Positions 1 to 10,669 of a stretch of DNA of 64,000 bases are shown here, piece by piece. Numbering within the stretch: the stretch's first letter is position 1; the number at the start of each line of letters is the position of its first letter. The stretch spans positions 496,001 through 560,000 of the forward strand of contig CBFFRQ010000066.1 of assembly GCA_965644315.1 (NCBI GenBank). The letters run 5' to 3'. The notes below the pieces were generated by a model, which was not told the origin of the DNA, made no database searches, and saw only the letters and a program-made list of their open reading frames with translations. Both the position numbers and the translations under genes were made by a program. Origin of the DNA: Caecitellus pseudoparvulus (lineage: Eukaryota; Protista; Bigyra: Bicosoecida).

Positions 1-50
1 TCTCTCCCAGCCACTGCAAGGGCCACCTGCTTTCGACGCGGGCCTCCTGC

Positions 51-410
51 CTACACAGACACATACCACCGGCCCTTGTTGCGGCGCTGGTTCAGCACTC
101 GGCGGCCTCCTTTCGTGTTCAGGCGCTTCAAGAAGCCGTGAGTGCGCTGCCGCTTGACATTGCTGGGCTGGTATTGCCGCTTCACAGCTTGCATGCCCTC
201 GTCGTCTCCTGCGGCACAAGGGGCAAGCGTTGCCCGCGGAAAGGCGAGCTGACGCCAGTGTCGCTGCGCACTCACCCTGCTCAGCCCAAGACGGGAGCTC
301 CAGGAACGAGCCGTTGGGCAGCTGGGGAGGAAACTCCGGTGCATGGCTAGATGGGAGATCTGACCCCGTTGTATGGGGTGTCAGGCACTGGAAAGTGGGT
401 GCTGGGATGC
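51..410 (-). CDS. MRPL34: Mitochondrial ribosomal protein bL34 (3' exons; 5' end uncertain)
   Basis: C-terminal [43 protein letters not shown] is the bL34 signature. Probable GT-AG intron at 209-275; further upstream exon(s) likely. Confidence 0.85.
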
Positions 411-1047
411 CTGCAGCGTGGAGTGGGTGGCGAGCTATTTCCGCATCACTGCCAACGCTGCCCCTGACGCTCTCCCGCACGCACCGAGGTCTGCAGCTGC
501 CCACAACGCGCGATGACCAGTCAGAGTAGTTCGCAGAACCCCCCGGGTTGCACACACTACTGCAGCAGCCATGACACCGGGGGTAGATGGTGGGGTTGGC
601 AAATCGGCACGAACGCTGACTTCGTGCTGGAGCTGGTCAGTGCTGGGTGTGTGGCGAGGACAATGAAGCAGCCAGAGGCTGATGCAGGGTTGCTAGGGAT
701 GCTGATTTGCCATGCGCCTGCAAGTGTGCCAGGGCTCGGTGGAACCTGGTGGTCCCACGCAGCGCGGTGCAAGCATGCCTTGGCACCCCTTGCAGCGAGA
801 CACCGGCCCTGCGACGATTCGCGGGGAGAGGGAGGCGGCCGAACCTCAGCACTCGTGTAGTTGACTCGCTCTGGCCTTCTCCGATGAGCAGCGTGCTGCA
901 GGCCGCTGTCCCTGCGCCAGCAACGGAGCTCGTCGCTCAGCGCCAAATCCCCGTTCAACACAACCACTCCATGCCCCACCTGCACGGCTGCTGGACGCCA
1001 CTGCGTGTGCCACTCCCTCCACTTTGCCCTGCACCCCGTGCACAACC

Positions 1048-2458
1048 ATGGCAGCGGCAGCAACAGGCGACAAGCAGGCCACGGCCAAGGCCGGCAACCC
1101 GGCCGAGCGCCGGACCATCCGCATTTCCATTGAGGGCAACATCGCAGCAGGCAAGAGCACCTTCCTGCGCATCTTGTCTCAGTCTGACATGGACTTCATC
1201 GTCGTCCCCGAGCCGGTGCAGAAGTGGCAGGCGCTGCCTGCTGATGATGATGAGGCGTGGGTTCAAAATCCGCGCGCGCACGTGGTCTTGCCTGGCGTCA
1301 CGCCCCACTGCTTCCCCGCGCCACGCTGTGCAGCTCTGCGAGTCAACAAGATGGCTGCAACCTCCTGCATGCCTTTTATGAGGACCCGAAGAAGTGGGGC
1401 TTCTGCTTCCAGACCTATGCCATGCTCAGCAGGTCAGACTCTGCTGGCCCACCCACGGACACTTGCAGGGCGCCACTCACACCCGCTTTCCCCTGTGCAG
1501 AGTCCGCGGCATGGCCCGCAGTGTGCAGGAGTTCAAGGCTGCCTCTGCTGCATACAAGCTGACGACACAGGATGACTACCGCAAGCGTCCCCGCGCAGAG
1601 GCGGACGCAGACACGGAGGAGGCCGCTGCGCCATCCTCTCCCGCCAAGCGGCCGCGGGGGGAGGGCGGCGAAGCGGGCGCCGTGCCCCCCCCACCGCCCC
1701 CTGGCGTGCTGAAGGTGACGGTGCAGGGGCATACGTGTCCGCTGGAAGAGGGCTCCACGTTCCTGCAGTACAGTCCCGACACCGGCCTCACGCAAGTGGA
1801 GGAGGGCCAGGGCGACTTCCACGCCCTGGTCTCAGTGAACGGCGTGCTGGTGCTGAAAGCCTTGACCGGCCCTGCCGTGGTGGCTGCGCCTGATGCCTCC
1901 ACCACGCCCTTGCCTGTGGGCGGCACGGCGTGCCTGGCACCGGGCCACACGCTGGCGCTGCAAGACGGCGCCGTGGCGACGGTGGAGACCGTGGATAAGG
2001 ACGCCGATGGGGAGCGGCACACCCTCATCTACGAGCGCTCTGTGCTGAGTGACCGGTACTGCTTCGCTGCCAACTGCCGGCGGACGGGGCTGTTCGGGGA
2101 GCTGGAGTGGCGAGTGTACTGCGACTGGTGGGGCTTCATCATGAACTCCTTCAACGGCTTGAAGCTGGACGGCATCGTGTACCTGCGCTGCGAACCCGAG
2201 GTGTGCCACACGCGCCTGCAGAAGCGAGGGCGGGAGGAGGAGGAGGGTGTGGGCCTGGACTACCTGCAACAACTGCACGCCCGGCACGAGACGTGGCTGA
2301 AGGAGGGCCGCATCAACCCAGCTCACAAGCTGCCAGTGCTGATGGTGCGCACAGATGAGGAATTTGAGAGCGCCCCCGCTCGCTCCAAAGTCATGGTGAA
2401 GCAGGTCGCCGACTTTGTGGCCGCGCTGGCCAAACGCAAAGCGTCCAAGACGCTGTGA
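1048..2458 (+). CDS. Deoxynucleoside kinase (dCK/dGK family) with a large internal insertion
   Basis: P-loop IEGNIAAGKST, VPEPVQKW, FQTY, IYERSVLSDRYCF, LQKRGREEE lid and YLQQLHARHETWL. Introns at about 1257-1333 and 1433-1500. Confidence 0.92.
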
Positions 2459-2578
2459 GCAATGCACGGCGCCCGACTGCCCTCAGGCCCGTCGTGAGAG
2501 CAGCGCACTACTGCCTCCGAAGGTCCACTGCGCCGGTGGCGAGGCAGCACACTGCGCGCAGAGCCAGGCAGGTGCGGC

Positions 2579-4345
2579 ATGGACAAGGCTCCAGACCACC
2601 TGCCCACACGATCCCCAACCGCTGCCGTCATCTTCTTGCACGGAATTGGGGACACTGCCAACTCATGGGAGGCTCTGGCGCAGGCTTGTGGTGCTGCAGA
2701 GGTGCGTAGCAAGGTGTTTAGGTGCGGAAATCGCTTGCCGAGTCATCAAACAGCACGCCCTTCGCAGCTCGCGTGGATTGCGTGGGAACACCCCTCGGCT
2801 CCACTGCGCGAGGTGACTGCACATGATGGTCGCCGAATGTCTGCGTGGTTTGATCAGGTGTACCTTCCCATGCGGGAAGGGCGCCAAGACCAGGACCGCC
2901 ATGGGATGCACGCCTCCATGCGCCGAGTGCACGCTGCCATCGTGCAGACGTGCAGTGCCCTCAGCATTGCCCCCCACCGCATCGTGCTGGGGGGCTTCAA
3001 CCAAGGCGCGGCCTTGGCGTTGTTTTCAGCCTTGAATCTACCATACAAGCTGGCCGGTGTGCTGAGTCTGTCCGGTTGGCTTGCGTTTCCATGCGAGTAC
3101 CCAGCTGAGCCACTGCAATGGGGTCACAAGCAACACATGCCCGTCCTAGCGAGTCACGGGACACGGGACCGCATCGTCCCCCTCGCCGAACACACCAGGG
3201 CATCACAAGCCTTGCAGGACATGGGCTTCGCCCTGACCCCCCTCGTCTTCGACATGGGGCATACGTGGAGCGGGGAGCAGGCTGTGTTTGTGCGCCGTTG
3301 GCTGCTGGAGGTGCTGCCTCCAGGCTCCCCTACACGCGCCCCAGCCCTGCCTTCCCTCCCCACTCGCTCTCGCGATTCTGCCGCAAGTGCCTCTGCACCA
3401 ACCAAGCATGGCGGTGCGCGGGCAGCGACGGCAGCTGCATCGCTGGGACGGCACCTGTCAACGCCGACAACACACACCGAGCCTCGCGCGAAAGCGGCTG
3501 CAGGTGGCGCAGCGGCCGACACAGGCACACCAAGCACGCTGCAGATGCCACCACTTGCTATCCCTGCGCCGGGCCAGTGGGTCAGCGTCGACCGCGACGG
3601 CGCCCTGCTGCGATCTCCACAGTTTGAACAGGCCAGCGTGTGGCTGCGACCGCCAACAGGTGCCAGCCTGTGGCGGGGTGCCACTCCACACACAGCCCTG
3701 CAACTCCCCGAACAACCAATTGGAACATCCAACATCAAGTCAGTCTCGAGAGGAAGCCCGCTGACCAGTGCCGGCGTACTTGTCTTGCAAGGCCCGGCCC
3801 AATCACCAGGCGACTCGCAGGAGCATGAACGACACGTTCTGGACAGCGCTGGCAGCCTGGGCAGCTTGCTCGGGCCACTGGCAGCAGATGCCCTCGCACT
3901 GCCTCTGGACTCTTCTGCAGCAGGTGGCGCGCCGACGGCTGCTGCGGGGCCGTGGCCGAGCAGCAGACAGCATCTGGCGGGCGGCAAATCAACGCAGCTC
4001 TTGGGCTGGCGAGGTGCCCACCAAATCATCCCTGCCGGACGTTCAGCAACGCCCACTGCCCTGCACAACGCGCAAATGACTGATTTGTGGAATGTGTCGC
4101 GGGCCAGCACGCCGGGGGGGCACAGTGCCGCCAGCGGCACGCCCGTTTCGGCTCAAATCCCAACCTGGCTCACTCGAGGCAAGCTGTCGCCACCCCCCAC
4201 AGACAGCAAGGCACCACGCACTGAAGTCCTTGACCGAGCTTCCACAGGCTTTCACGAAGTAGCGCACAGTCTCCAGGGGGGGGGCAAGCGACACTCGTCG
4301 AGGCGGCGACGGAGCAAGCCACTGCGCAACCTCGCCTTTCGGTGA
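2579..4345 (+). CDS. Acyl-protein thioesterase/lysophospholipase-like protein (probable pseudoenzyme) with long low-complexity tail
   Basis: IFLHGIGD, AWFD, IVLGGFNQG, LSGWL, HGTRDRIVP and MGH match the phospholipase/carboxylesterase family. Probable in-frame intron at ~2702-2767. Confidence 0.85.
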   Translation: MDKAPDHLPTRSPTAAVIFLHGIGDTANSWEALAQACGAAEVRSKVFRCGNRLPSHQTARPSQLAWIAWEHPSAPLREVTAHDGRRMSAWFDQVYLPMREGRQDQDRHGMHASMRRVHAAIVQTCSALSIAPHRIVLGGFNQGAALALFSALNLPYKLAGVLSLSGWLAFPCEYPAEPLQWGHKQHMPVLASHGTRDRIVPLAEHTRASQALQDMGFALTPLVFDMGHTWSGEQAVFVRRWLLEVLPPGSPTRAPALPSLPTRSRDSAASASAPTKHGGARAATAAASLGRHLSTPTTHTEPRAKAAAGGAAADTGTPSTLQMPPLAIPAPGQWVSVDRDGALLRSPQFEQASVWLRPPTGASLWRGATPHTALQLPEQPIGTSNIKSVSRGSPLTSAGVLVLQGPAQSPGDSQEHERHVLDSAGSLGSLLGPLAADALALPLDSSAAGGAPTAAAGPWPSSRQHLAGGKSTQLLGWRGAHQIIPAGRSATPTALHNAQMTDLWNVSRASTPGGHSAASGTPVSAQIPTWLTRGKLSPPPTDSKAPRTEVLDRASTGFHEVAHSLQGGGKRHSSRRRRSKPLRNLAFR

Positions 4346-4439
4346 GAGTCCAGGCGCACTTGTCTTGGGGCTGCAAATTCACTGTCCCACTTATCCAGAG
4401 TGAAGCAGGTGAGGGCAGGGCTTTTGAGGGTCGGTTGCC

Positions 4440-5470
4440 ATGGCGGGTGTCGGAAGCCAGCCAGCTGCGTCGCACCATGAGTACTACTCTGGCCGCACCG
4501 CCGTCGTGACTGCTGCAGACGCCATTGGCGAGGCAGTGGTGAAGACGCTGCTGGCGGTGGGGGCCAAAGTGGTGGCCCTTGTCCCCGACATCGATCACAT
4601 CTTAGAAACAGTCGGTAGTGATGTGTCTGAGGGGACGTTTTGCCCCATCTACGTCGAAATCGACAATGTGAGCGCTGCGAAGTGACGCTCCTGCGGTAAT
4701 TGCTTCAGGCTGCACTGCAGCACCCAGCGCACGCTGTGCTGCATTCCCCTGAGGCACAGGCTGAGTCCATCCTAGACGCCAGCAAGGCAGTAAAAGCCCA
4801 GCTCCCCCCTGATGGTCTGCACCTCCTCGTGAACTGTTCAGGTGCGCTTCCATGCAGCGTGGCATCTGCATCCCTCGTGCGCCCACCCTCCCCACCGCAC
4901 ACTCTGCTGCAGGCGGAGAAGTCCCGGCCACATCCTTCAGCGACACAACTCTGGAGGACTTCGACCGCTCCTACGCGGTGCACGTCCGGGCACCGGTGCG
5001 GTGCCCCCGCCCCTTTGCGCCCCCTGCACGCAGCCGGGCTGACTTGCAACGCCGCCCCTCCTGCGCAGTGGCTGTTGACTCGGGAGCTGCTGCCACACCT
5101 CACCGCGGCCAAAGGCGCCGTCGTCAACGTCGCATGCCAGCCACCAGTGCACACCTACCCACCTTGCTTCCCCTACGGAGTCAGCAAAGCTGCATTGAGT
5201 CACGCCTCCAACGTCGGGTGCAGGGAACTAGCCTCTGCCTCCGTGCGGCTGAACATGATCAGCCCAGGCGCCAGCGCCGGCCCCGCTGGGAGCAGCGTGG
5301 CGCCCACCACCGTGGCTGTGAACCAGCCTCAGGAGGTTGCCGAGGCGGTGCTGTTCCTGGGCAATGGGGTGGCTGCCGGGTTCATCACGGGGACAGAGCT
5401 GGAGGTGGCGGGGGGAGCCACGTTGCAGAGTGCCGATGCCGCTGCGGCCGCCGCGGCAGCCCCTTCGTAG
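4440..5470 (+). CDS. Divergent short-chain dehydrogenase/reductase, multi-exon
   Basis: GRTAVVTAADAIG, LLVNCSG, YGVSK (YxxxK), VRLNMISPG, EVAEAVLFL and FITGTELEVAGG, spread over frames separated by short introns. Confidence 0.8.
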
Positions 5471-5498
5471 TCCCAATGCACCATGCGACGCACACCCC

Positions 5499-8400
5499 TC
5501 ACCACGTGAGCTGGGAAGACGTGAGGAGGTGTGCGAAGATTGCAGTCATGTGGGTCTGCTCGGCGGGCGTGGGGTGCCAGTTCGACCCCGGGTCCACCCC
5601 CGTCATGGTCACGGTGAAGTTGCCCTGCAGAGGGACAGCGGGCGCCTCCGTCGTGCCCTCACCCTCACCCCCTCCCACGCCATCCAGCAGCCCGATGGCG
5701 TCGTGCACCACCCCCCGCATGCACACCCGAGACAGCACAAAGGCCAGCGTCTCCACCGTGGCGCCGTTCAGGGCGGCATGGGCGGGGGACAGGCACTCCC
5801 GAGCGAAGGCCAGGAGGTAGATGAGGCAGTTGAACCGCACAGGCGTCAGGCGCCTCACCAGCATGGCGCAGTAGGGCGCCACGTGACCCGCCGTGAAGTC
5901 GGGGCCAGGGAAGAGAGGGCAGGGGATGAGGGGCTCCCGGAGGGATGCCAGGAGCTGCAGCAGGGTGTGTGCGAGGGCCAGTGGGCCCACGCTGGAGGGG
6001 ATGCTGGTGCCCGTGTCCAGTGCCTCCCGCGCTGCGGCGCACTGGGTGGGGTCCCCCGGCCGCAGGAAGAGCCCCCGCGCTCCCAGGGCAGACCGACGCA
6101 GGAGGGCGTCCACCAGGCGCCACATCTCCTTGGGCACCGCCAGCATGCCCTTGCCTGTGCCGGCAGGGACGGGGCCGGAGGGGGCCCCCCCTGCGGAGGG
6201 GGAGGAGCCCCCCCCACCTCCGTGTGAGCTCAGGGCGGCCTCCGCCACCCGTGACGCTTCGCTGAAGGTTGCCCGGCGACGAACCGACGCGGGTTCCGCG
6301 CCAATGCCCAGCAAGTCTCCCACCACGACGGACTCAGACCAGTCCCAGTCATCCTCAGGCGTAGCCTCCACCACCCCCTCGTCCGCAAGGGGGTGCACGG
6401 AGGTGGCCAGGGTGGGGTACCCCAGAGCCCGCACAGGCTCCGGGCGCCGGGAGAGCTGCTCCAGGGAGCAGCCAAAGGCGCTGGGCAGGGGTGATGCAGA
6501 GACAGCCAGGAAGTGGTCTTGCCCCTTGTCCACGCGCAGGACCAGGATCTCGTCCAAGGTGGTGATGGCGCCCAGGGCAGCTCGGCGGGACACCGCCACG
6601 GAGTGCGCCACGCGCAGGGACAGCTGCACGCTCTCGCCGGGGCGCAGGTTGCCACAGACGGGGTCCACAGACAGCCAGGGCCGGGCGACGGCGACATCCC
6701 CCAGCTTGGGCACAAAGTACCAGTGAGCCAGGACGGAGCCGGTGTTGGCGAGGGTGACGCTGGCGGTCTTGTGCACGCCCAGCACGACGTCGCCCATGTC
6801 CAGCGTATTACGCGAGAGGGACACCACCGGCATGGTGTCCCCCTGCAGCGCGAACAGGTCTGCCTGGATCTCCTCCAGCACCCGCCGCCGCTCACCCTCC
6901 GCCCGCTGCCGCACCGCCACATCCAGCAGCGCGTGCACAGGCTTGTGGTCGGAGGCCAGCTGGTCACGCGTGCAGCCGTAGTACACGAGTCCGACACTGT
7001 CCGCCTCCTCCGGGCCAGTGCGCCAGAGCACCCGGTCGCACCAGGCAGGGGCTCGGTTCTTCTTGTCGGGGCGGTCGTCGTACACGTCCTGCCCAGGGAT
7101 GAACTTGTACGTGGGCACGAAGTGGATGTCGCCCTCCACGAAGCCGCCAAAGGCACGACGCGCCTGCCGCACCATGTTCAGCTGGTCCAGGGAGCGCAGG
7201 CGCTCAAACGCCGCCTCGTCGCCCGCCTCGCAGGCCCTGGCCAGCTGCAGCACTTCCGGCACGCTGAGGCTGGAGTGGATGCGGTAGTTCAGATCCCCAC
7301 ACCAGAACACGAAGTCGTGGTCCTCCACGCCCAAGTGCCCCACGGAGCTGGACACAGCCGGGCCTTCTCCGGGGCCACCCCCCCCCTCAGCTGGCGTGGC
7401 GCCGCCGCCGCCCTGGGCGCCCGTGTCCGCGGCAGGGCTGGCGTCCCCCGACGCAGCGGCGGCGGCATCCCACTCCTGGGGACTGGTGAGGGGCTCCTCC
7501 CCCCCCCGCTGGGGGGCGTCTCGGAACGCCAGCTTGTCCATGATGGCGTTGAAGTCTGCGTTGCGCCCGTCCACATTGCCTCGGTGCGCCGCCAGGTGGG
7601 ACACGACGAAGCAGAGGGAGGAGTCGAACACGTTCATGCGGATGGCACAGGCGCCCTTGTTGCCCATCACGCCCAGCAGGCCGGTGATGGCGATGGCGCC
7701 CTGGACGTGGCTGATGGCGGAGCGCAGGTGCTCCTTGGCCAGGACCAGGCACAGCACGCCCACCAGGAACTCAGACCGCACCGCCCAGAAGCGGTGCTGG
7801 CCCTGACCCGGCGACAGGCCCTCGTTCAGCGTGGCCAGCACCGCCTCAGTCCACATGGCGCCGCGCTTGGCTGAGAGGGTCGCGTTCACCATGTTGCCGG
7901 CCGTCAGGTCCACCATCTCCTGCAGCCCCACCACCACGACATCGGGCATGGGCTCCCCAGCGCCGATGCCCCCCCGAAGCCACGATGTGAGGTCGTCCTG
8001 GGGGGGCTTGCCGTTCACATTCCACGTCGCCACGAACAGACGGATGGGCCGGTTGGTCGTGAACTCGTGTTCCCTGTGGGCGGGGAGGGAGGAGACGAGG
8101 AGGGGTGTGCAGTGGGCAGGGGGGCCTGGTTGCGCGCCAGCTGCCTCACCGCTTGCGCAGCTGTGTGTTGATGTACTGGTTGCGCAGGAAGCTGCGAGCC
8201 TGTGGGTTGTAGTGCACAGTTTGGTGTTTGCCGCCGCCTGCAGCCACTTCTGCGGCGATGTTGGTCCCGGCGAACAGCGCTGGCGCCTCTGCGCTGGCCT
8301 GGCGCTGGAACCTGTGCAGCAGCGACACAGCGAGCGAGTGCCGAGGAAGCCAGGGGGCACAGCGAGGCCCGCAACACGCACAAGTCCACGGCTTGGCCCT

Positions 8401-8640
8401 CCGCCGGCATGGAACTGTGGCAAGCGAGAGAGGGGTGTAGTACCAGTGTTGTGGCCCTTGTCGGGGCCGGGCACTGCTCCTGCCAGGAGGCGGCGGGGCG
8501 AGCTTCACGCACGTTGCAGGCTCCTCTGGTGCTGGAGGCGGCGGTCTTGCCGCTGCCACCTCGCTGCCCACAGAAGCTTCCATGAAGAGCTGGGGAATGG
8601 AGAGGCCTGCGTAGTTTGTGTTGGCTCCCTCCCTTGCCAC
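5499..8640 (-). CDS. OCRL: OCRL/INPP5B-type inositol polyphosphate 5-phosphatase (5-phosphatase + ASH + RhoGAP-like)
   Basis: TWNVNG, VGLQE, GNKG, SHLAAH, WCGDLNYR, PAWCDRVLW, SDHKPV; then DEILVLRVDKGQDHF (ASH) and VPKEMWRLVDAL (RhoGAP-like). First exon 8640 to ~8150, intron to ~8074. Confidence 0.93.
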
Positions 8641-9197
8641 GGCAGCCCAGGGAACCCCTCTGGCGCCTGGGCTGCAGGCACTGCACAGTGCCTTGGCGTT
8701 TCACCTGCTGGGTTGAAACGCTGGCAAGCGACTAGCTTGCGGAAGCAGCGTGGCGCAGCACAGTCGCAGTGTCTCTGGGATTCCTGTAAGATTGTTCCCA
8801 AGCAGAGAAAAAGCTGCGTGCTCTCAGGGATGCCAAGGTTTTGGGGCACTGGCTCAGGTGTGTGCCTTCCGTGTGGGCGCCTGCGATTTGGAGGGGCCTG
8901 CTCGCACCACGCCGCTGCGCTTCCAGTTGCCGTCAGGCAGCAAACTACCTAGCATCGATCGATGTTGGCAGTGCGTGGGAGTACGACTGGTGTTACGTGA
9001 CGCCTTGCTGTACTGCGGGCACAGCAGCCAGTTCACCGGCCTCAAAAGCATTGCCCCGCCCGACTCTGCACCTGCCGGGCTGCTTGCACACGGAACTGCT
9101 CCTCGGGAATTAACACCGCCGCCCCCCTTTACCAAGCACGCCTTCTTTCTCCATACGCTGCCATGGCTGCTGAATGTGCGTGGTGTGACACTTAGCA

Positions 9198-10559
9198 ATG
9201 GCGTCAAACGCGCAGCATATTCCGCACGCGGACCACCTCCCCCGTCGCGCAGCCCCTGCCAAACGAGCCAGGAGAGATTCAGATCCGGACAGCTCCGCAC
9301 TGCAAGTGCTGCGGGATGCAGATGCAGCTGTGAAGAACATTCCCCCCGCCACTGTCGTGTGCGTGCCGGGCGAGTACTGGCAGTACGACGGCACGTACTG
9401 GGGCATGGTGGTTTGCCGTGGCCCACTGGGGCAGCACGTCGTGTACTTCCCCGACGGCCTCACCATCGAGCTCATGGACGACGACTTCGTAGCCTCCCAC
9501 CTGCGCCCTCGTGGCAAGGCCAGCAAGAAGGAGCGCAACACCTTCCCTCTGCTGCAGCGCGAGATGCCGCCCAGCCTGGCACGGTACTGGCTGCAGCCGC
9601 TGCGAGTGCCCATGGATGACGGCGCCCCGAAGGCGGGCAAGGCGAGCTCCTCGGAGGGTCTGCTTGTGGGCTTCGACACCACCTCCAAGGAAGCCATCGT
9701 GTACTTGAAACCCAGCAATCCCACGCAGATCGAGGACTGGTTCCACATCCTGCGTGTGTCAGAGAAGGAGGCGCGGCGAGACTTGCCGACGTGGCAGGTG
9801 GGCCCACCCACCTGCATCGCCAGCATGCCAGACTTCCCCTCTGTCGTGGACGGCGCAGAGGCCCTGGCCGGCGGCGCAGTTGCCGGGGTGCGCCCGCCCA
9901 CCAGCCGTGTGACTGGCATTGCTGTGAAACCAGGGCAGTCCCTCGCCCAGGCCGTCAGCGCAGCAGACGTGGACCTGGGCAGCATCTCCAAAGCCGCCAA
10001 GCTGCCCTGGCGCTGGGTGGACAAATCCTCGGACCCCGCTGCCGCGGCGCTCAAGGGTGTAACGCTGCAGGCGGCAGACAGGCACGCGTGGCAGTTCCCT
10101 GACCCCCTGTACAAGGACGGTAGCAAGGTGCTAGTGGTGGTGAGCAACACCACGTTTCCCGACGCCGAACGCGCGAAACTGTCCCACGACAGAGGCAAGT
10201 GCCAGTTCCTCCTGCGTTTCGCCAGCCGCCTGTCCCCCCTGGCTGACGCGCTGCTCTCTGACTCCGCCACCCAGCGCCTGTGGAAGGTGGTGCTGGCCCG
10301 GCACGGTGACTCCACAGCCCCGGCAGGGCAGGCGGGGGCAGGGGCCCCATCTGACCCGCAGGCCTCGGCCGATGACGCCACGCTGTCCGCTCTCAACGCC
10401 CTGAAGCAACTGCTCTCCGTGGCCCCCAGCATGTTCTTCTTCTGCCCAGCCTCCCTGGCTCAGCTGCTGCTCATGGTGTACATCGTGCACAAACACTTTG
10501 ACGTGGACTACCAGTACGAGAAGGAGATGCGAGTGTTTGGCGTGAATGTGACCCGGTAG
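9198..10559 (+). CDS. Hypothetical protein (453 aa)
   Basis: Long ORF with protein-like composition and GC3-rich codons; no family recognised. Confidence 0.65.
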   Translation: MASNAQHIPHADHLPRRAAPAKRARRDSDPDSSALQVLRDADAAVKNIPPATVVCVPGEYWQYDGTYWGMVVCRGPLGQHVVYFPDGLTIELMDDDFVASHLRPRGKASKKERNTFPLLQREMPPSLARYWLQPLRVPMDDGAPKAGKASSSEGLLVGFDTTSKEAIVYLKPSNPTQIEDWFHILRVSEKEARRDLPTWQVGPPTCIASMPDFPSVVDGAEALAGGAVAGVRPPTSRVTGIAVKPGQSLAQAVSAADVDLGSISKAAKLPWRWVDKSSDPAAAALKGVTLQAADRHAWQFPDPLYKDGSKVLVVVSNTTFPDAERAKLSHDRGKCQFLLRFASRLSPLADALLSDSATQRLWKVVLARHGDSTAPAGQAGAGAPSDPQASADDATLSALNALKQLLSVAPSMFFFCPASLAQLLLMVYIVHKHFDVDYQYEKEMRVFGVNVTR

Positions 10560-10669
10560 TGAGGCGTGCCGGCAACGCAGCACTGTCTGCCGCACCACCG
10601 CCACGCCTGCCTGCAATGCACCTCTCCCGCGCACGTGCACGCCCAGTCTGCGCCATGCATTGCTCCCCC

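Noticed and set aside
5700-6140. RhoGAP-like domain lacking the arginine finger (GLFL)
   Set aside because: An inactive RhoGAP-like domain is normal for OCRL/INPP5B.
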